From an uncultured Candidatus Binatia bacterium (GTDB lineage: Bacteria; Desulfobacterota; Binatia; UBA9968; JAJDTQ01): a stretch of DNA of 64,000 nt. How positions within the stretch are numbered: the first letter of the stretch is position 1; each line of letters starts with the position of its first letter. The stretch lies in assembly GCA_965242525.1 (NCBI GenBank), contig OZ251459.1, positions 2,112,001-2,176,000 on the forward strand, given 5' to 3'. Of the stretch, positions 19,151-32,503 are shown piece after piece. Position numbers and translations under genes: made by a program. The notes beneath the pieces are model-generated. The model did no database searches. It was given only the letters and a program-made list of their open reading frames with translations, and had not been told where the DNA came from.

Positions 19151-22100
19151 CTTTCCAGTAGAATCGCGGCGATACGCCTTGCGGTATCGGTGAAGCGCCG
19201 GACTTCCTCCGGGCGCAACGGGCGGTCGAGGATGTCGCGTTCGCGGTAGGAAAGCCATTTCTTGAGGACCTGGTAGCCGCCGAGCTTGTAATTCCAGACC
19301 GCGGCTGAGACGTTGCGCCAGAAGGCGCGATCGTTCAGGTACACGTCGAAGGTGGTCCTGCCGAGGGCGGGGAGCGCGGCGTTCAGGGCGGTGCGTTCAT
19401 CCGGGGCGAAGGCACGTTCGACGATCCGGCCCTGGCCGGGCATGACCGCGCCGCCGGTTCCGTAGTGGCCCCATCCCTCGGTGAGGGCGAAGTCGTCGCC
19501 GGTCATGTTGCGTCCGTCCGTGGTGGCGGGAACGGCGACGGCGGCTATCTCCGGGCGCAACGCGCCCGTGGTGACGCCGGGGACCGTCGTATCGGGATCG
19601 AGCAGGGCCGCGAGTTGGCGGCCCCGGGCGGCCGATCGGGCGAGGGCGTCCGCCGCTTCGGTGGTCTCCTTGTCCGGGGATGCGAAACCTCCTTCGGATG
19701 CGGGCGGGACGCCCGCGTTCCCGGGAAAGGCGCTTTCCATGGCTGGCTCATGGCCTTCATAACCGGGGGATCCCCCCTGGGAGCGCGGGCGTCCCGCCCG
19801 CAGGGGTCGGGGCAAGGCAGGGCGGGCCGAAGCCGGGGATACCCCTGCGGTCCCGGGATCGGGCCAGCCGGGAAGCGGGATGCGCGGCCACTCCATGCGG
19901 AGCGCGCCGGCGTTGGCTTCCCGGTAAGCAGGATCGTGCAGGGTTGCGAGGATGTGGTGGAACAGGTCCTCGACTCCGAGGCCGAGGCGTTCGAGATAGC
20001 GTTGCGCCGCGCCTGAGAAGTTGGGGCGGCGGCCCGTGTCTTCGTTGTCGTCGCGAAGCCATGCGGGGAACATATTAGTCCCTCGCTCGATCAAGTGGCG
20101 TGAAGCAATATATCGCGTGAAACACGCTTGCGGTTCCTCTGCGCCACGCCGCAGATGCTGTGCAGAAGAGAGCCACAAATTTTCTTGGGAAATGTGGGGC
20201 GGATAGTGAGGGCTCTTCTCGCGAAGCAGCTTCGTTTCCGCCTCCCAGTACAGATACCGATTGTCAAACGGGCGGTAGGCATGGCGAACGAAGCCGTCTT
20301 CGTTCGGGCCGCCTCGTGATAGCAATGCGTCTCGCACTCCTCGCGCATCGAACCGTCCGGTATCCTTCATGACGCTTGGATAGCGCCGGGCGATCTCCTC
20401 ATGGCTCAGGGCCGGGTTGAAGTAGTCGCCAACGCGCACCTTCAACCGATCCAGGTCGGTATCAATGAGAAATGCGTCACGACCGGTCTCAGACCCTTGA
20501 AAGGACACCGGGAACAGATCAGGCAACGCCGGCCAGTCGAACCAATCCTCGCTCACCGCCGTTTGCACGAACGGCAGGCCCAGCGGCAGGAGCGGCGACA
20601 CCTCGGCATACACCGCGCCCGGCTCCGCTTCCGCGGTTTCCAGCAACTCCTCCCGCTTCCCCTGACCCCACAGATGGCGGAAACCCACCGCTTCCGCCGG
20701 CGCATGGTCCGCCTTGCGCACCAGCGTCGCTATCGCCGTCCCCACCTGTATGCCCACCGGGTCCCCTTCCGTCGAAAAGATGCTCGGGTCCGGCGTCCCG
20801 TCCGGCGCTACCTTCCCGGTCTTGTACTTGTCACCGTTCAGGCAGTCGATGCGCACCGCGTCGAAGGCTTCCAGGTAGCGTTCCCGCATCCCCGTGAACG
20901 ACAGGCCGTCGAGCCACGAGTAGTTGGAGATGAAGCACACCACGCCCCGGCCGGTCTTCTCCGCAATGCGTCGTTCCGCCATGCGGAAGAAGCGCACGTA
21001 CAGGTCGTTCAACCCCTGTCCATCCGGTCGCCGTACCCGCTTCGTCCTTCGGTAGGACTCCGACAGTTCCCGCTCCTCGTCCACTGCCATGCCGGCAAAG
21101 CCGTTGTAGGGCGGGTTGCCCAGAATCACCAGGATGGGCGTCTCCTGTTTCACCCGCTCCGCACGGTCGCGTTCTTCCTCCAGCTCGGGAAACGGCAAGG
21201 GCTTGATAGTGTGCGGCTCCCACCCGGTCAGTGCGTTGGTGAGGAAGACGCCGGGCCGTTCCGCGCCGTCGTCCTTCAGCGGCGCGTCCAGGTCCTGCAT
21301 GGTCAGCCCGACTTGCAGGTGAGCCACCACGAAGGGCGCGGGCATGATCTCGAAGCCGAACACCCGCTCGGTGGCCGCCTGCTTCACCCGCGCCCCGGAC
21401 AGCGCACCCAATCCCTGCCCTTCCAGGTTGGCGGCGATACGGCGCAAGACCTCCGCCAGATACGCCCCGGTGCCGCAGCACGGGTCCAGCACATAGACGT
21501 TCTCCGCAGCCAGCCCCTCCGGGATGTCCAGATCGTCCTTCAGGGCCCGGTCCACCCGCGCCACCATGTAGCGCACCACTTCCGAAGGGGTGTACCAGAC
21601 GCCCAGTTGCTTGCGCAGGTCGGGGTCGAAGGCTTCGAGGAAGGGTTCGTAGAAGTAGGGCACGGCCTCGCCTTCGTCGAAGCGGGAGAAGAAGGCGGCG
21701 TGGTCCACCCGATCCAGTGCTGCTGCGGTCCAGTCCAGGACTTCGACGAGACCCAGCGGTTGCAGGCGGCCGGGGTCGGATAGTTGCTGGAACAACGCTC
21801 GGAGCACCGGCGCGCGCAGGTGCCAGACCGCGGTGCGCCAGTCGAAGGAAGCGGGCGGGACGCCCGCGTTCCCAGAGGGGACGTTGGCAGGGACGTTCGG
21901 AGTGCCGGCCCTTGCCCACAGCACCCAGGCCGAGAAGACGCCGTAGAACAGCGTCTGCACCAGAGTCGAACGGAAGAAGCGCGCGCCTTTCTCCCCCTCG
22001 AAGCGCACTCCCAGGGCCTCTTCCAGCGCCTTGCGCACCAACTCCAACGACAGCGCGTCGCCCGCGGCCTCCACACGGGCCAAGCCATCCCGGGCATAGG

Positions 22101-22695
22101 AGGCCAGCAGCCACGCCAAGTCCTTGGGTTCGGCCAACGCAGCCCGGTGCGACAGCGCCCGGCACAGGTATTCGCCCAAGCCCGCGCCGACTTCCCGGGC
22201 AAAGGCGCGGGGCTTCTCCAGCTTGCGCCGGAAGTCGTCTGCGCTGTTCGCCAGCCGGAAGGTTTCGAACTTCGCAGCACGGCCCGCGGTGTCTTCGCCC
22301 ACCAGCACGAAGTCGCGAGTGTTGGTCACCAGCACCAGCCGGTAGCGGTCCCGATAGCGGCTTACCTGATCGCCTGCCGCGGTGAGCCAGGCGTCGTCGT
22401 CCGCGGTCTTCACTTCCACTACGCCGCGCTCCGGCGTCTGGCCTTCGCGCGGTTGGCCCCTCTGGACCTGCTTTGCCGCGTAGAGGCCGAAGTCGGGATG
22501 GCCCGCGCCCTGGTCGGCAAGCTCCTGGACGCAGAACACCCTGGGTTTGAGGGCTGTGCCCGCGGCGTTCAGCAGGTTCGCCAGCGGTCCGTAGCTCGAC
22601 CGCTCCCCGGTGGCGCCGCCCGAGGCATGCACCCGCCCCAGGTCGGCAAGGTATGTCTCTACCGCCGCGGTGATGTTCGCGTTCGCTGCCGCCAT
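19126..22695 (-). CDS. Type IIG-like single-chain restriction-modification enzyme (N6-adenine MTase, ISP-like C-terminal specificity region, no helicase)
   Basis: N-terminal GHPDFGLY..GVVEVK nuclease motif; LGVWYTP, VLDPCCGTG, GNPPY; C-terminal YRPFD and GGYQVLKKWLSYR. Confidence 0.88.
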   Translation of the reverse strand: MAAANANITAAVETYLADLGRVHASGGATGERSSYGPLANLLNAAGTALKPRVFCVQELADQGAGHPDFGLYAAKQVQRGQPREGQTPERGVVEVKTADDDAWLTAAGDQVSRYRDRYRLVLVTNTRDFVLVGEDTAGRAAKFETFRLANSADDFRRKLEKPRAFAREVGAGLGEYLCRALSHRAALAEPKDLAWLLASYARDGLARVEAAGDALSLELVRKALEEALGVRFEGEKGARFFRSTLVQTLFYGVFSAWVLWARAGTPNVPANVPSGNAGVPPASFDWRTAVWHLRAPVLRALFQQLSDPGRLQPLGLVEVLDWTAAALDRVDHAAFFSRFDEGEAVPYFYEPFLEAFDPDLRKQLGVWYTPSEVVRYMVARVDRALKDDLDIPEGLAAENVYVLDPCCGTGAYLAEVLRRIAANLEGQGLGALSGARVKQAATERVFGFEIMPAPFVVAHLQVGLTMQDLDAPLKDDGAERPGVFLTNALTGWEPHTIKPLPFPELEEERDRAERVKQETPILVILGNPPYNGFAGMAVDEERELSESYRRTKRVRRPDGQGLNDLYVRFFRMAERRIAEKTGRGVVCFISNYSWLDGLSFTGMRERYLEAFDAVRIDCLNGDKYKTGKVAPDGTPDPSIFSTEGDPVGIQVGTAIATLVRKADHAPAEAVGFRHLWGQGKREELLETAEAEPGAVYAEVSPLLPLGLPFVQTAVSEDWFDWPALPDLFPVSFQGSETGRDAFLIDTDLDRLKVRVGDYFNPALSHEEIARRYPSVMKDTGRFDARGVRDALLSRGGPNEDGFVRHAYRPFDNRYLYWEAETKLLREKSPHYPPHISQENLWLSSAQHLRRGAEEPQACFTRYIASRHLIERGTNMFPAWLRDDNEDTGRRPNFSGAAQRYLERLGLGVEDLFHHILATLHDPAYREANAGALRMEWPRIPLPGWPDPGTAGVSPASARPALPRPLRAGRPRSQGGSPGYEGHEPAMESAFPGNAGVPPASEGGFASPDKETTEAADALARSAARGRQLAALLDPDTTVPGVTTGALRPEIAAVAVPATTDGRNMTGDDFALTEGWGHYGTGGAVMPGQGRIVERAFAPDERTALNAALPALGRTTFDVYLNDRAFWRNVSAAVWNYKLGGYQVLKKWLSYRERDILDRPLRPEEVRRFTDTARRIAAILLESGFPLSRE
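19700..19854. repeat. REP family C inverted doublet plus degenerate copy, in-frame inside the R-M gene
   Basis: GCGGGCGGGACGCCCGCGTTCCC (19700-19722), its inverse at 19779-19801 (22/23 match), degenerate copy at 19832-19854. Confidence 0.85.
21851..21873. repeat. REP family C copy in-frame inside the R-M gene
   Basis: Identical to 19700-19722; encodes GNAGVPPA. Confidence 0.85.
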
Positions 22696-22780
22696 TGTGT
22701 CCTTTGTTGCCGAGCGCGCCCTGACATGCAAGCACTGCACATGCCCGCGCCCTCATCCGAACCCTCTTCCAGAGGGAGAG

Positions 22781-22821
22781 CGCGTCCTTCGACTTCGCTT
22801 CGCTACGCTCAGGACGAACGG
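22781..22821 (+). repeat. REP family A copy upstream of the R-M gene
   Basis: Same 40-bp core as 13227-13266. Confidence 0.85.
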
Positions 22822-22933
22822 AGGGTGGAATCCCATTGCTCTCTCTTGCCCTTCACTGGAATCAACGGAGGTGACCACGTGTAAGACATGTTGGCGCTTC
22901 AGGAATTCGTGTGGGTTGCGACACTCCCCATGC

Positions 22934-23277
22934 CGTCATTCCCGCGAAAGCCTCGCCTCGTCATTCCCGCGAAAGCGGGAATCCAGACCCTGCGGGCAAA
23001 CCCTGTGGGCGCCCTGTATGAGAGGCTTGTACAACGAGAGCGAGGGAACCGGATGGATTCCCGCTTTCGCGGGAATGACGGGGTTCAGTTCGCGGAGCGG
23101 GCGTCTTCGAGATTCCAGGGGAATGACGTGAATGGGCGGCTGCGGGAATGACGGGGTTCAGTTCGCGGAGCGGGCGTCTTCAAGATTCCGGGGGAATGAC
23201 GTGAGTGGGCGGCTGCGGGAATGACGAGGGGTGGGCGTCTGGGGAATGACGTGGCAGGCTTCTGCGGAGCAATGACG
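22934..23277. repeat. Mosaic array of dRS3-like REP family B with a 73-bp tandem duplication
   Basis: Inverted full copies at 22959-22985 and 23054-23080; repeated GGGAATGACG; near-identical units 23069-23141 and 23142-23214. Confidence 0.88.
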
Positions 23278-23310
23278 GCGTGATCCCTTTCGCTCCCCTT
23301 TCCCTCCTAC

Positions 23311-23419
23311 GGAAACTCTGAAAAATTACCCCGTTCGTCCTGAGCGTAGCGAAGCGAAGTCGAAGGACGCGCTTTCCCACAGGGAAAGGGAGTTCAAGCC
23401 GGAATTGTTCAGAGTTTCC
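23311..23419 (-). mobile_element. 109-bp MITE with IS5-like ends carrying REP family A
   Basis: 17-bp TIRs GGAAACTCTGAAAAATT / AATTGTTCAGAGTTTCC (16/17 match); 4-bp TSD CTAC on both sides. Confidence 0.85.
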
Positions 23420-23469
23420 CTACTCTTACCCGCACGAAAGCCCGAAGAGCCGCACTCACATGCCCGCGC

Positions 23470-24624
23470 TCAGCCCGCGCCGAGGATCAGCGTGGCATGC
23501 ATGGCCAGGCTGCCGCCGTGGCCGCTGATGATGCCGGTGCGGGCGTCGGGCACCTGCCGTTCCGGCTCGACTTCGTTGCCGCGGAGTTGCCGGACGCCTT
23601 CGGTGAGGTGCAGCATCCCTTCCAGGTGGGCTTGCGAAAGCAGGCCGCCGTGGGTGTTCAGGGGGATCTCGCCGCCGATGGTGATGCGTCCGTCCTTGAC
23701 GAAATCCTTGCCTTCGCCCTTGCCGCAGAAGCCGTAGTCCTCCAGGGTAATCATGGCGGTGATGGTGAAGCAGTCGTAGAGCTCGGCCAAGTCCATGTCC
23801 TTGGGTTCCAGCCCGGCCATGTCGTAGGCCATGCGGGAGGACTTGCGTCCGCCCAGGGTCGTGAGCGAGGGCGCGTCGAGGAGGCTGAAGTGGGGATGGT
23901 GCTGTCCCATGCCGAGGATCGCCACCGGGGGTTTGGGGAAGTCCCGCGCCCGTTCGATGCCGGTCACCAGCACGGCGCCGCCGCCGTCGGACTCCAGCGA
24001 GCAGTCGAGCAGGTGCAGGGGATCGACGATCATGCGGGACTGCTGGTGATCCTCCACCGTGATGGGCTTCTTCATGGTGGCGTTGGCGTTCAGGGAGGCG
24101 TGCTTGCGGGTGGACACCGCGATCTCCGCCAGATCCTCGCTGCGGGTGCCGAACTCGTACATGTGGCGCTGGGCCGCCAGGGCGTGGCCCGCGGCCGCGG
24201 CGAAGTGCCCCCAGGGGCGCTCCCAGTGCTCGTCGCCCCGCCGGATGGGGAAGCCGGGTGTGGCGTCCCCGGTGGACCGCTTGCGCGCGTGGACGCACAG
24301 CACCGTGCTGGCCATGCCCGCTTCGATGGCCATGACCGCGTGCTGCACCATGGCGATGGGCGTGGCGCCGCCCAGGGCCAAGTCGGTGGCATAGACCGGC
24401 GTGATGCCGGCCATGTGGGCGAGCCTCACCGCGTAGCTGCGATGGGCGTCGTTGAGCGGCTGGTTGGTGAGGAAGCCGTCCACCGCCCCGGCGCCGATGC
24501 CGGCGTCGTCGAGGCACGCCCGGATGGACTCCAGATGCAGCGAGTGGGTGGTGGCGTCGGGCCGCTTGCCCACCATCGTTTCGCCCACGCCGACGATGGC
24601 GTATTTGCCCCCGAGGTTGGCCAT
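23470..24624 (-). CDS. Thiolase-family (SCP-x/Ltp2-like) protein
   Basis: AIVGVGET, HLLDCSLESDGGGA, AELYDCFT, LEDYGFC, LNTHGGLLS; GGAGG RBS. Confidence 0.9.
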   Translation of the reverse strand: MANLGGKYAIVGVGETMVGKRPDATTHSLHLESIRACLDDAGIGAGAVDGFLTNQPLNDAHRSYAVRLAHMAGITPVYATDLALGGATPIAMVQHAVMAIEAGMASTVLCVHARKRSTGDATPGFPIRRGDEHWERPWGHFAAAAGHALAAQRHMYEFGTRSEDLAEIAVSTRKHASLNANATMKKPITVEDHQQSRMIVDPLHLLDCSLESDGGGAVLVTGIERARDFPKPPVAILGMGQHHPHFSLLDAPSLTTLGGRKSSRMAYDMAGLEPKDMDLAELYDCFTITAMITLEDYGFCGKGEGKDFVKDGRITIGGEIPLNTHGGLLSQAHLEGMLHLTEGVRQLRGNEVEPERQVPDARTGIISGHGGSLAMHATLILGAG

Positions 24625-24707
24625 GGTTCGTCCTCCTTTGCCGCGAGTTTGAAGCGTGTAGCCGGAAGTTGCAAGCGCGGGAAGGAGGAAATCGGTCCCG
24701 GGCCGGC

Positions 24708-24913
24708 GCTCTACCCGCACGGACGAGGCGCTTGGGCGATCATGCGCCCGCCATCCCATCCGCTGACAGCTCCGCCCGCACGGACGAGGCGCCTGGTGGG
24801 CGAACAGGGGCCGGAGCTTTTCGGCCCGCGCTCCGCCTGCGCGGACGAGGCGGGCAGCGGTCGCAGCGGTGGAGGTCAGCCAGGGCCGGCGCTCCGCCCG
24901 CGTTGACGGGCGC
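24708..24913. repeat. Four degenerate 23-bp repeats with exact 61-bp period and 38-bp spacers (CRISPR-like mini-array, no cas genes)
   Basis: GCTCCGCCCGCACGGACGAGGCG-like copies at 24708, 24769, 24830 and 24891. Confidence 0.7.
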
Positions 24914-24956
24914 GAGATTGCGCAACCCACGCGGTTCTGTTACCCGTGCCGGGAAA

Positions 24957-24986
24957 CGCCGTTGGCCACCTCGCCGTTGGCCACCT
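24957..24986 (+). repeat. 15-bp tandem duplication CGCCGTTGGCCACCT x2
   Basis: Exact adjacent copies upstream of gatB. Confidence 0.85.
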
Positions 24987-25070
24987 ACTTCCTGCTGACC
25001 CGACAGAGCGAAAAACGCCCCGCAGGGGAACCGACCCGGCCGCTCCGGGGTTCCGGGAGAGAGCCATCGC

Positions 25071-26513
25071 ATGAGTTACGAACCGGTCATCGGCCTGGAG
25101 GCGCACGCCCAGATCCTGACCGAATCCAAGATCTTCTGCGGCTGCTCCACGCGCTTCGGCGAGGCGCCCAACCGCAACACCTGCCCGGTGTGCATGGGCT
25201 TCCCGGGGGTGCTCCCGGTGCTGAACCGCAAGGTGGTGGAGCACACCATCCGCACGGGACTCGCCACCCACTGCGCCATCGCCCCGCGCAGCCGCTGGGC
25301 GCGCAAGAACTACTTCTACCCCGACCTGCCCAAGGGCTACCAGATCAGCCAGTACGAGCTTCCGCTCTGCACCGGGGGCCGCGTGGACGTGAGCGTGGAC
25401 GGGGCGTCCCGGCGCGTGGGGCTCACGCGCATCCACATGGAAGAGGACGCGGGCAAGAACGTCCACGATTCCGGGGGCGGCCACAGCCTGGTGGACCTCA
25501 ACCGGGCGGGAGTGCCGCTCATGGAGATCGTCAGCGAGCCGGACATGCGGAGCCCCGACGAGGCCGGCGCGTACCTCAGGACCCTCCGGTCCATCCTCCA
25601 ATACCTGGAGGTATGCGACGGCAACATGGAGGAGGGCAGCTTCCGCTGCGACGCCAACGTCTCGCTGCGGGCCCCGGGCGCCGACGCCCTCGGTGTCAAG
25701 GTCGAGATCAAGAACCTCAACTCCTTCAAGGCCGTGGAGAAGGCGTTGGAGTACGAGATCGGGCGGCAGGGCCGGGTGCTGTCGGAAGGGGGGGCGGTGG
25801 AGCAGGAGACGCGCCTGTGGGACGCCGACCGGGAGGCCACGCGCCCCATGCGCTCCAAGGAGGACGCCCACGACTACCGCTACTTTCCCGACCCGGACCT
25901 GCTGCCCCTGGTCATCGACGACCGGTGGGTCGAGGAGATCCGCGCCACCCTGCCGGAGCTGGCCCGGAGCCGCCGGGAGCGTTTCCGGGAAGAGTACGGG
26001 CTGTCCGCGTACGACGCCGAGGTCCTCACCCAGCGGCGGGACGTGGCCGACTACTTCGAGGCCGCGGTCCGCGCCCACGCCAACCCCAAGGCCATCTGCA
26101 ACTGGCTCACGGGGGACCTCTTCCGGGCGCTCAAGGAGCGGAAGCTCGACGCCGCCCTGCGTATCGAAGCATGGCCGGTGCCGGCCGAAGACCTGGCCCG
26201 CATGGTGCAAATGGTGGATGGCGGGACCATCAGCGGCAAGCTCGCCAAGACCGTCTTCACCGCCATGCTCGAAACCGGCAGGGACCCGGACGCCGTGGTC
26301 AGGGAGAAGGGGCTGGAGCAGGTCTCCGACACCGGCGCCCTGGACGCCGCGGTGGACGAGGTGTTGTCCGCGTGCGCGGCCCAGGCCGCGGAGTTCCAGG
26401 CCGGCAAGGAGAAGGTCTTCGGGTTCCTGGTGGGGCAGGTGATGAAGGCCACCCGGGGCAAGGCCAACCCGCAGATGGTCAACGAGATCCTCGGGCGGAA
26501 GCTGCGGGGCTGA
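25071..26513 (+). CDS. gatB: Asp/Glu-tRNA amidotransferase subunit B
   Basis: [50 protein letters not shown]. Confidence 0.98.
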   Translation: MSYEPVIGLEAHAQILTESKIFCGCSTRFGEAPNRNTCPVCMGFPGVLPVLNRKVVEHTIRTGLATHCAIAPRSRWARKNYFYPDLPKGYQISQYELPLCTGGRVDVSVDGASRRVGLTRIHMEEDAGKNVHDSGGGHSLVDLNRAGVPLMEIVSEPDMRSPDEAGAYLRTLRSILQYLEVCDGNMEEGSFRCDANVSLRAPGADALGVKVEIKNLNSFKAVEKALEYEIGRQGRVLSEGGAVEQETRLWDADREATRPMRSKEDAHDYRYFPDPDLLPLVIDDRWVEEIRATLPELARSRRERFREEYGLSAYDAEVLTQRRDVADYFEAAVRAHANPKAICNWLTGDLFRALKERKLDAALRIEAWPVPAEDLARMVQMVDGGTISGKLAKTVFTAMLETGRDPDAVVREKGLEQVSDTGALDAAVDEVLSACAAQAAEFQAGKEKVFGFLVGQVMKATRGKANPQMVNEILGRKLRG

Positions 26514-26521
26514 CCCCGGGG

Positions 26522-27708
26522 TCAGGTGCGGTAGTCGGAGTTGATGCGCACGTACTCGTGGCCCAGGTCCGAGGTCCACACCGAGGCCCGGGCGTCGCCC
26601 AGGCCCAGACTGATGCGCACCGTGAAGGACGGGCGCTGCATCACCCTGGCCGCGGCGTCCTCCCGGGCGCCCACCGCCACCCCCCGGCGCACCACCTTGA
26701 CGCCCCCCAAGGCCACGTCCACGGCCTCTTCCACCACCGGCGCGCCGGCGTTCCCCAGCGCCATCATGAAACGGCCCACGTTGGGGTCCTCGCCGAAGAA
26801 GGCTGTCTTCACGAGCTGGGAGTTGGCCACCGCGAAAGCCACCTTCCTGGCGTGGGCCCCGGTCCGGGCGCCGTCCACGCGCACCTCCACCAGCTTGGTG
26901 GCGCCCTCCCCGTCCGCCACCACCTTCAGCGCCAGATCCTTCATCACCCGGGTCAACGCGCGTTCGAGCGTCTCCTCGTCCGCGCTCCCGGGAGTGACCT
27001 CGGGGTTCCCGGCAAGGCCGTTGGCCATGCACAGCAGGGTGTCGTTGGTGCTGGTGTCCCCGTCCACGGTAATGGCGTGGAACGAGCCGTCCGCGGCCCG
27101 GCGCAGCATGGGCCGCAGGGAGGCCGCGGCAACGGCCGCGTCCGTGAGCACGTAGCACAGCATGGTGGCCATGTTGGGCGCGATCATGCCGGCGCCCTTG
27201 GCGAGGCCGGCCACGCGCACGGCGCGGCCCCCGAGGCGGCATCGGGCCGCGGCCACCTTGGGGCCGTTGTCGGTGGTCAGGATGGCCTCGGCCGCGTCCC
27301 CGAGGCCGTCCGGGGACAACGCTGGCGCCGCGGCCGCGATGCCCGACTTGACCTTCTCCAACGGCAGCGGCGCCCCGATGATGCCGGTGGAGGACGGCAG
27401 GACCTGGCTCGCCGGGACGCCCAGGAGCCGGGCGGCCTCCTCGCAGACGGCTTCGGCGTCCCGGAAACCGCGGCGGCCCGTGCACGCGTTGGCGTTGCCG
27501 CTGTTGACCACCACCGCCCGGATGCGCCCCCGGGCCACGCGCCGGCGGCCCGAAACGATGCTGGGGCTCCGGATCCGGTTGCGGGTGAACAACGCCGCGG
27601 CGGTGGCCGGGCGCTCGGATACGATCAGCGCCAAGTCCTTGCGGCCGCTCTCCTTGACGCCGCAGGCCACCCCGGCGAAGCGGAAGCCCGGCACCCTCGG
27701 CGGGGGCT

Positions 27709-27712
<4 letters not shown>
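26522..27712 (-). CDS. argJ: Bifunctional ornithine acetyltransferase/N-acetylglutamate synthase
   Basis: [56 protein letters not shown]. Confidence 0.96.
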
Positions 27713-31188
<3,476 letters not shown>

Positions 31189-31414
31189 GGCTCAAGGATA
31201 GCGGCTACGGAGGCCACATGCAATTTGTGAGGAAGGACGCATCGAAGGGACGGGTCGCCAATGATCGGAGCTAGCCATGGTGGAAAGCGGACCAGTCTCC
31301 ATGACCTCAGTGGTCTTGCGGGACGGCTGAAGGATATCGAAACCGAACTTCGGAACGTCGAGAAGGAGGTCGAGTCCGCACGCGACCTTGACTTGGGAAC
31401 CTCGGGGTTCCATA

Positions 31415-32437
<1,023 letters not shown>

Positions 32438-32503
32438 CGCGCCGCCGCGGTCCGGGACGCGGGCGCCCTCCCCCTCCGACGCCCTTTCCGCCGGGAACCT
32501 GAC

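Noticed and set aside
22934-23277. GGGAATGACG repeats as a possible CRISPR array
   Set aside because: Irregular spacing, mixed orientation and duplicated spacers indicate a REP mosaic.
26511-26524. Perfect 14-bp palindrome TGACCCCGGGGTCA containing the stops of gatB and argJ
   Set aside because: Short, GC-rich and partly forced by two convergent TGA codons; no U-tract.
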